Source: an uncultured delta proteobacterium (GTDB taxonomy: Bacteria; Desulfobacterota; Binatia; UBA9968). Taken from it: DNA of 64,000 nucleotides. Position 1 is the stretch's first letter. Each line of letters opens with the position of its first letter. Positions 57,532 through 64,000 of the stretch are shown here, piece after piece. The stretch is from NCBI GenBank assembly GCA_963745035.1, contig CAVUVW010000016.1, forward strand, positions 96,001 to 160,000, written 5' to 3'. The translations under genes and the position numbers were made by a program. The notes under the pieces were generated by a model that worked only from the letters and a program-made list of their open reading frames with translations, was not told the DNA's origin and did not search any database.

Positions 57532-57560
57532 GTTCAAAGTTCAATGTTCCAGGTTCAACG
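57532..57560 (+). repeat. 7-bp-period GTTCAA array
   Basis: gttcaaa gttcaat gttccag gttcaac. Confidence 0.55.
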
Positions 57561-57617
57561 TTTTTCCGGATTGGATCGGAATCCCGATTTCGCGACCCCG
57601 AGCCTATGCTCCTGACT

Positions 57618-57655
57618 TCTTCCCCCTTCACGGGGGAAGATAGAGATGGGGGTGA
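57618..57655. repeat. hairpin REP (CTTCCCCC..GGGGGAAG family)
   Basis: tcttcccccttcacgggggaagatagagatgggggtga, similar to 26728 and 48083. Confidence 0.6.
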
Positions 57656-57712
57656 CTCTCGTCCATCCGCATCGATGGCGAAATCGGAAGCGGGTTCACC
57701 TACTGACAAGTC

Positions 57713-58855
57713 ATGGAAATTGAATTCGGTCTAATCAGCTCCGATTCCCACGGCCAGCTTGGCAAAGACGCCTATACGGCTCGCATGTCCAAGCAGAAGT
57801 GGGGAGACAGGATTCCTCATATCATCGAAGTGCGCGAGGAGAAATTTTCCGCTCCGGTCGAGCGCTGGATCGTCAATAGCGAGATTCAGGGTGGGAATGT
57901 CTGCAACTGCCCCACCGCGATGAACGAACGCGGTTATTATCCGCAGCGTTGGGAAGAAGTTCCGCTCGCAGTCTATGAGCCGTCCGAGCGTTTGAAGGCT
58001 CTGGATCGAGATCGGGTCGATGGGGAGGTTTTGTTCCCCAATGGGCCGGGCGGAACTTTTTTCTATGACGATGTCGAATTTGAGCTCGACTGCGTTCGGG
58101 CGTACAACGATGCGCTCGCCGAGTATCGCGCGGCAAGCGATCGCTTCATTCCGCTGGCCGTTATTCCGTTCATGAGTCCCATAGAAACGATCATCGTCGA
58201 GGTAGAGCGTGCCGTGCAGGCCGGCCACATGGGGATCAACATGTTGGCCGATCCCAGCGTGGCGGTTAAAGGTCTCAAGAATCTCGGCGATCCGTTCTGG
58301 CATCCGCTGTGGAATGCTTGCCAGGAACTCGGCGTCGGCGTTCATCTGCACGCGTCGGCCGGGCTCGCCGGACGATTATCGCTGCCTCAATGGAAGGGTT
58401 ATTCGCGCCGCCAGGCCCACTGCGTATCGACCTTGCGCAACTTCTGCACGGCGACACAGATCGTTCCCTATTTGATCTTCTCCGGAATGCTCGACAAATT
58501 TCCCCGGCTCAATTGGGTTTTCGCCGAAACCGGTCTGGGCTGGGTGAGCTCGGTGCTGGAAGCGTGCGATCATGAGTGGGAAAAGCATCATCTATGGACC
58601 GATGGTATCGCCACGCGGCCGAGCGATCTCTTTCGGCGCCAGGTCTATGTCGACTTTTGGTTCGAGACGGTGGGCATCGAGCTGCGCGATTATATCGGCG
58701 TCGATCGCATTCTGTGGGAATCTGATTTCCCGCACATCACCTCGACCTATCCGAATTCCTGGGACGCTGTGGAACACTCGCTGCAAGGCGTGTCCCCAGA
58801 GGATCGGGAAAAAGTTCTCTTCCGCAATGCAGCCCGGCTTTACCATTTAGAATAG
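57713..58855 (+). CDS. amidohydrolase family protein
   Basis: LISSDSHG, LDRDRVDGEVLFP, HLHA, WESDFPH. Confidence 0.88.
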   Translation: MEIEFGLISSDSHGQLGKDAYTARMSKQKWGDRIPHIIEVREEKFSAPVERWIVNSEIQGGNVCNCPTAMNERGYYPQRWEEVPLAVYEPSERLKALDRDRVDGEVLFPNGPGGTFFYDDVEFELDCVRAYNDALAEYRAASDRFIPLAVIPFMSPIETIIVEVERAVQAGHMGINMLADPSVAVKGLKNLGDPFWHPLWNACQELGVGVHLHASAGLAGRLSLPQWKGYSRRQAHCVSTLRNFCTATQIVPYLIFSGMLDKFPRLNWVFAETGLGWVSSVLEACDHEWEKHHLWTDGIATRPSDLFRRQVYVDFWFETVGIELRDYIGVDRILWESDFPHITSTYPNSWDAVEHSLQGVSPEDREKVLFRNAARLYHLE

Positions 58856-58861
58856 CCGATC

Positions 58862-59953
58862 ATGGATCTCAAATACGGATTGATCAGTGCCGACGACCAT
58901 GTCCAAGAGCATGGCGAAGTTTGGACACGGCGCATGTCCAGGGAAAAGTGGGGCGATCGGATTCCTCATCTGGAAAGCCAGAGCGACGGCAGTCAGCGCT
59001 GGGCAATCGACGGCGCGCTCGCGGAACTCGGGCCGGTCCCGAGAGAAAAGATGCAAATGGCGCCGGCCGCTTACGATTCCGGCGAACGCCTTAACGCGAT
59101 GGATACGGATGGAGTCGACTACTCTGTTCTCTATCCAACAGTCGCCGGATTAGCCGGGGAGCGTTTCGGCAAGCTTGCTGATGCGGACTTGGAGCTTGCC
59201 TGCGTGCAGGCATACAACGACTGGCTGATCGAAGAATGGTCGAGCGTGAGCCCGCGCTTCGTGCCGCAATGTATCGTGCCGATCTGGCCGATGGAGCGCA
59301 CGGTGGCGGAAATTCGCCGAGCCGTCTCCCTCGGCCACAAAGGAATCATTTATCCGGCCTCGCCGATGGAACTCAAGAACGTGCCGCACATCAACGAACT
59401 CGACTACGATCCGCTCTGGGCCGTGTGCGCCGAACTCGAAGTGCCGCTGTGCTTCCATTCCGGTGCGTCGCCGAAAATTCAGATGCGTGCGGACGATATG
59501 TTCACCCCGGCGGCGGCCCAAGCCTTCGGAGGGATCGTGCGTTCGGTGAGTTCGATTGCGGTGCTCGCCAACTTCCTCTTCTCGCGAGTGCTCGATCGTT
59601 TCCCAAAACTAAAGGTTGTATTCGCCGAAAGTTCTCTCGGCTGGCTGGCGTATGAAATCGAGTATGCGGACTATCAGTCTGCCGCCGACGGTCTGCACTC
59701 GGAGGGTTATTCGCTCAAGCCTTCCGAGCTCTTTCAACGGCAATGCTTTGCCACTTGCTGGTATGATCAGCAAGGCCTCCGCGTGCGGAAGTATCCAGGC
59801 AGCGCCAATATTCTTTGGTCGACCAACTTTCCTCTGGAGACTTCGACCTGGCCTTCGACACGCGCGCACCTGGACCGCGCGTTCGCGGGAGTCCCTGAGG
59901 CGGAGAAAGCACGGATTCGATGGCAGAATGCGGCTCAGCTCTACAGGCTTTAA
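58862..59953 (+). CDS. amidohydrolase family protein (tandem paralog)
   Basis: LISADDHV, MDTDGVDYSVLYP, FHSG; the usual SDxPH motif reads STNFPL. Confidence 0.85.
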   Translation: MDLKYGLISADDHVQEHGEVWTRRMSREKWGDRIPHLESQSDGSQRWAIDGALAELGPVPREKMQMAPAAYDSGERLNAMDTDGVDYSVLYPTVAGLAGERFGKLADADLELACVQAYNDWLIEEWSSVSPRFVPQCIVPIWPMERTVAEIRRAVSLGHKGIIYPASPMELKNVPHINELDYDPLWAVCAELEVPLCFHSGASPKIQMRADDMFTPAAAQAFGGIVRSVSSIAVLANFLFSRVLDRFPKLKVVFAESSLGWLAYEIEYADYQSAADGLHSEGYSLKPSELFQRQCFATCWYDQQGLRVRKYPGSANILWSTNFPLETSTWPSTRAHLDRAFAGVPEAEKARIRWQNAAQLYRL

Positions 59954-59963
59954 GAATGGAGGT

Positions 59964-60323
59964 ATGAAAATGCGGCCGAAAGTTCGACATGTCGCGGTGA
60001 TGACAAAAAACCGCGAAAGGATGGTGGAGTTCTACCAAAAAATATTCGGTCTGGAGCCCAAGCGTGGATTCGGCGGGGCAATTTACATGTCAGACGGCGA
60101 TGTGAATATCGCTCTCATCGAGGTCAAACGCGACGAGCAAAAAGAGGGAATCAATCATTTCGGTTTCGAAGTCGACGATCTCGACGACATCAAACGACGA
60201 TTGCAGGAAGCCGGGTTTGACGCCGAGATCGATTCCAAATCGGACAAGGATTCCGATCATCGCATCCAGGATCCCGACGGCCATTGGGTCGATATGGCGG
60301 TGCATCGCCGCTGGCCGAAATAA
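59964..60323 (+). CDS. VOC/glyoxalase-family protein
   Basis: VRHVAV, YMSDG, GINHFGFEVDD, QDPDGHWVD; RBS GGAGG. Confidence 0.85.
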   Translation: MKMRPKVRHVAVMTKNRERMVEFYQKIFGLEPKRGFGGAIYMSDGDVNIALIEVKRDEQKEGINHFGFEVDDLDDIKRRLQEAGFDAEIDSKSDKDSDHRIQDPDGHWVDMAVHRRWPK

Positions 60324-60360
60324 CTCACGAGCGCTGGAGAGCCATGGCGAGGAAGCTTCG

Positions 60361-61380
60361 ATGAAACGAATCGGCATTCGATTTTTGCTGACGTTGTGGA
60401 TCGTCACCGCGCTCGTGTTTCCGGCAAACGCACAGGACGGGCAGGATCCGAAGGTCATTCAAGCGGCGCGCAAAGAGGGCGAGATCGTCTGGTATACCAC
60501 CATGAGCGCGGATCAAAGCAACGCTTTCATGGCGCGCTTCCAGCAAAAATACTCCTTCCTCAAGCCTTCGGTCATCCGGCTCGGCGGAAATGCGTTGCTC
60601 AGCCGAATCATCGCCGAGGCCAAGGCGGGAAAAAGCTTCTTCGATGTGGCACACGGCACCGGAGAGATCGTTTTGCCGCTCATGGATATGGGATTGCTCG
60701 CGCCGTACGAATCGCCGGAACGAAAGTCGTTCCCCGATGATTTGAAGGACAAAAGGGGATATTGGACTTCGGTTTACGTCAACTCCGTGGTGCTCGGCTA
60801 CAACAAGAATTTGATCAAAGGACAGCCGGTGCCGCGCAGTTACGAAGACCTCTTACATTCCCGGTGGAAGGGCCGGAAGATATCTGTCGATAGCACTTAT
60901 GTGACCTTTTTGCAGGGCCTGATTTCGGCGTGGGGCAAAGAGAAGGCGCTCGATTTTCTCAGGAAGCTCGCTGACCAGGAACCCGTGGTCATGCGCGGCA
61001 GTACTGTTCGGGCTCAACTCGCCGCCGCGGGTGAATTCCCGCTGGTGATCGCCTACGCCAACATCATTCAGTATCTCACCGAAAAGGGCGCACCGATCGA
61101 TTGGCTGCCTCTCGAGCCTGCGGTCATTTCGGTCAACACCGTCATGCTGGGGGCGAAGGCGACGCATCCGAATGCGGCGAAGTTGTTTATCGACTTCACG
61201 CTGTCGAAGGAAGGCCAGGAAAAATTGTGGGATTTCCAACGGATCCCGTCGCGCAGTGACGTGGAACCGAAACCGGCGAGACTTTTTCGCGGGTACAAGC
61301 GCCAGGTTGTCCATCCCGAGGACACCCAAAACCTCGATGAAGTGGCTAAGCTCTATGCGCAGATTCTCAAGACGCGTTAA
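60361..61380 (+). CDS. ABC substrate-binding protein, AfuA/iron-thiamine type
   Basis: Signal peptide, QAARKEGEIVWYTT, HPNAAKLFIDF; close paralog of 55751. Confidence 0.87.
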   Translation: MKRIGIRFLLTLWIVTALVFPANAQDGQDPKVIQAARKEGEIVWYTTMSADQSNAFMARFQQKYSFLKPSVIRLGGNALLSRIIAEAKAGKSFFDVAHGTGEIVLPLMDMGLLAPYESPERKSFPDDLKDKRGYWTSVYVNSVVLGYNKNLIKGQPVPRSYEDLLHSRWKGRKISVDSTYVTFLQGLISAWGKEKALDFLRKLADQEPVVMRGSTVRAQLAAAGEFPLVIAYANIIQYLTEKGAPIDWLPLEPAVISVNTVMLGAKATHPNAAKLFIDFTLSKEGQEKLWDFQRIPSRSDVEPKPARLFRGYKRQVVHPEDTQNLDEVAKLYAQILKTR

Positions 61381-61424
61381 CCGATAACTTATCTTTTCGC
61401 ATCGCACGCGCGGCGGGATCCATC

Positions 61425-62996
61425 ATGAAGCAATTTTCAACGATCGCCAAAAACGGCATGGTGGCGTCGAGCCAGCCGCTCGCGACGCTCGCCGGAGTCG
61501 AGATTCTCATGAGCGGCGGCAATGCCATCGATGCGGCGGTCGCGACGGCCGCTGTGTTGGGAGTCGTTGAGCCAAGCTCGATCGGAATCGGCGGTGATGC
61601 GTTTTGCCTTTTCTATTCCGCCAAAGAGAAAACACTGAAAGCACTCGATGCGAGCGGCAGGTCGCCGCGCGCGATGAACCTCGATTTCTGCCGCAAGAGC
61701 GGGTTCAAAGGAATGCCGCAGCGCGGCATTCATTCCGTCACTGTTCCGGGTGCCGTGCATGGCTGGGCGACGCTGCTCGAATCCCATGGATCAAAGACGC
61801 TAGGTCAAGTTCTGCAAGCGGCGATCCGGTACGCCGACCAAGGGTTTCCGGTTGCGGAATTGACCGCTCACTCTTGGCAGGAATCGGCGACGAGTCTGAA
61901 AGCTGATGAAGGCGGGGCGATCAATTATCTTATCAACGGGCGAGCGCCCAAGTCCGCCGAGATCTTCGAGAACCCGCGCATGGCCAAGACCTTGAATCTT
62001 ATTGCCGATCACGGCCCCGACGTTTTCTACAAAGGCGAGATCGCCGAGAAGCTCGTACGCTGCTCGGAAAGACTGGGCGGGCTTTTCACGAAGCAGGATT
62101 TTGTTGATCACCGTTCAGATTGGGTCGAGCCGATCAGCGCCGGATATTGCGGCTACGAGGTCTGCGAGATGCCGCCGGCAACCCAGGGATTTGTCGCCTT
62201 GGAGATGCTTAGAATCCTCGAAGGCTTCGATTTGAAAGGCGCTGGGCCGCAGAGCGCCGATGCGCTGCACCTGATGATCGAGGCGAAGAAGCTTGCGTTT
62301 TTCGATCGCGATCTCCAACTCGCCGATCGAGACTTCATGAAAGTTCGGATTAGCGATTTGCTTTCTGGCAGTAGGATCAAGAATCTTCGGCAGCAGATCG
62401 AGTCGGAACGGGTTGCAGTCGAGTATCGGCAAGTCGCCACCGGGACGGACACCGAATACGTTGCCGCTGCCGACAACGAAGGCAATCTGGTTTCGTTTAT
62501 TCAGAGCAACTTCATGGGGTTCGGCTCGGGCGTAGTCGAGCCGCAAACCGGAATCGTTCTACAGAACCGCGGTCATCTCTTTTCGCTCGACGAGAATCAT
62601 CCCAACTGCATCGCGCCGCATAAGCGTTGCGTGCACACGCTGATGCCGGGAATGATCTTGCGGGACGGAAAACCATACGCCGCGCTCGGGCTAAAGGGCG
62701 GCCACGTGCAGCCGCAGGTCCAAGTGCAGATCATTACCAATCTCATTGATTTCGACATGACGCCGCAGGAAGCGATTTCGGCCCCCCGTTTTAATCACAT
62801 CGAAGGTGCGAAAGTCGGTCTGGAGGTGGAGTTCGCTCAGTCCGTCAAGGATGATCTAACTCGACGCGGCCATCAAGTCGTCGGCGGCAATCCGGAAAGC
62901 TTCGGCGGCGCGCACATGATTGCCATCGATCCGGAGTCCGGCGCTTTCATCGGTGGCTCCGATCCGCGCAAAGGCGGCTGCGCGCTGGGTTTTTAA
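61425..62996 (+). CDS. ggt: gamma-glutamyltransferase family protein (Ntn hydrolase)
   Basis: GMVASSQPLA, GGNAIDAAVA, GIGGDAF, DTEY (catalytic Thr), LQNRG, GSDPRKGG; no signal peptide. Confidence 0.9.
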   Translation: MKQFSTIAKNGMVASSQPLATLAGVEILMSGGNAIDAAVATAAVLGVVEPSSIGIGGDAFCLFYSAKEKTLKALDASGRSPRAMNLDFCRKSGFKGMPQRGIHSVTVPGAVHGWATLLESHGSKTLGQVLQAAIRYADQGFPVAELTAHSWQESATSLKADEGGAINYLINGRAPKSAEIFENPRMAKTLNLIADHGPDVFYKGEIAEKLVRCSERLGGLFTKQDFVDHRSDWVEPISAGYCGYEVCEMPPATQGFVALEMLRILEGFDLKGAGPQSADALHLMIEAKKLAFFDRDLQLADRDFMKVRISDLLSGSRIKNLRQQIESERVAVEYRQVATGTDTEYVAAADNEGNLVSFIQSNFMGFGSGVVEPQTGIVLQNRGHLFSLDENHPNCIAPHKRCVHTLMPGMILRDGKPYAALGLKGGHVQPQVQVQIITNLIDFDMTPQEAISAPRFNHIEGAKVGLEVEFAQSVKDDLTRRGHQVVGGNPESFGGAHMIAIDPESGAFIGGSDPRKGGCALGF

Positions 62997-63003
62997 GAAC
63001 CTC

Positions 63004-63041
63004 CGTTCAAGCAGTTCAAACCGTTCAAGACGTTCAAGCCG
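63004..63041 (+). repeat. 9-bp-period GTTCAA array
   Basis: gttcaagca gttcaaacc gttcaagac gttcaagcc. Confidence 0.7.
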
Positions 63042-63203
63042 TCGTACCTCGGAACGGTTAACTCAAGTTTGCCAACTTCAGCCGTAGTTGATCCACTCGA
63101 GATTTCAGATTCTGTGATGTGTCTCACCGAGGCGCGATAGTCTAGAAATCATGCTTAAAATCAAATAGCACAGAGCAAAGCAATGCCGTAAGGAGAATCG
63201 TTG

Positions 63204-64000
63204 ATGGGCTATTTCAAAGATTTGCGCGAACATATCGCGGCGCTGGAGCAGGCGGGATTGCTGGTCAAGATCGACGAGCAGATCAACAAAGACACCGAGC
63301 TGATGCCGTTGGTGCGCTGGCAATTCCGCGGGCTCTCGGAGGAAGAGCGGCGCGCGTTCATGTTCACTAACGTCGTCGATGCCAAGGGGAAAAAATACGA
63401 CATTCCGGTTGTTGTCGGCACTCTGGCGGCGTCGCGGCAGATTTACGGCTTCGGCCTGCAATGTAAACCGGAAGAGATCGTGGATCGCTGGAACAAGGCG
63501 CAGAGCAATCCGATTGCTCCGAATGTAGTAGACGAAGCGCCGGTGCATGAAGTTGTCTACAAAGGTTCTTCTCTGATGGAGAAAGGGGGCTTGGGCGAAT
63601 TTCCGATTCCCATTTCCACGCCCGGTTATGACTGTGCTCCGTTTACCACGGCGTCTCATTGGTTCACAAAAGATCCCGAGACCGGCATCATCAACGTCGG
63701 CAACTACCGTGGCCATATCAAAAGCCCGACGCGCACCGGCGTGTTTTTGAGCTCCAGCAATCACGGCGGCTACCACTGGCGCAAGTGCCGGGAGCGCGGC
63801 ATTCCGCTACAGGCCGCACTGGTCATCGGCGCGCCCCCCTGCGTAGCCTATACGGCGCCTTCACGGATACCGTTTAGCGTGAGCGAGCTCGACGTCGCGG
63901 GCGGCCTCGCGGGCGCGCCGATCGACGTCGTGAAGTGCGTTACCAATGATATGCTTGTGCCCGCCAATGCGGAGATCGTGATCGAGGGGGAAATCTCCAC
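63204..64000 (+). CDS. UbiD-family (prFMN-dependent) decarboxylase, runs off the window end
   Basis: Own translation: MGYFKDLREHIAALEQAGLL...TKDPETGIINVGNYR...ELDVAGGLAG.P...VPANAEIVIEGEI; RBS AGGAG. Missing from the ORF track because it has no stop codon in the window. Confidence 0.9.
   Translation, partial: MGYFKDLREHIAALEQAGLLVKIDEQINKDTELMPLVRWQFRGLSEEERRAFMFTNVVDAKGKKYDIPVVVGTLAASRQIYGFGLQCKPEEIVDRWNKAQSNPIAPNVVDEAPVHEVVYKGSSLMEKGGLGEFPIPISTPGYDCAPFTTASHWFTKDPETGIINVGNYRGHIKSPTRTGVFLSSSNHGGYHWRKCRERGIPLQAALVIGAPPCVAYTAPSRIPFSVSELDVAGGLAGAPIDVVKCVTNDMLVPANAEIVIEGEIS

Noticed and set aside
63105-63776. 223-aa minus-strand ORF at the window end
   Set aside because: It is the antisense shadow of the UbiD gene that runs off the window on the + strand.

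Overview
GC-rich bacterial chromosomal window made almost entirely of catabolic and transport genes. The gene content and intergenic repeats resemble Candidatus Binatia/Binatota-like soil Deltaproteobacteria (inference only). It holds about 60 CDS: cytochrome bd oxidase (cydAB), threonine synthase, 17 solute-binding proteins (9 SsuA/NMT1-like, 3 AfuA-like, 4 TctC-like, 1 TAXI), only one membrane transporter (frameshifted TctA/TctB), and many catabolic enzymes (5 amidohydrolases, 4 VOC proteins, CoA-transferases, MaoC dehydratases, LLM, Rieske and LigB oxygenases, a Mo-hydroxylase large subunit, a ComD/ComE-like TPP pair, GGT, UbiD). There is one IS481 element, a REP-flanked GIY-YIG nuclease and several short intergenic repeat families. 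The most notable feature is a co-oriented 36.6-64 kb cluster with five paralogous heme-oxygenase-like diiron (HDO; CADD/PqqC-fold) proteins. All five keep the E..H..E..HxxxDxxH ligand set and share an RRDCW motif, and they form four modules each led by a solute-binding protein gene, a candidate undescribed catabolic HDO system. Many single-base frameshifts, densest at 48-51.6 kb, look like long-read errors. No rRNA, tRNA, CRISPR array or recognisable transcription factor was seen.
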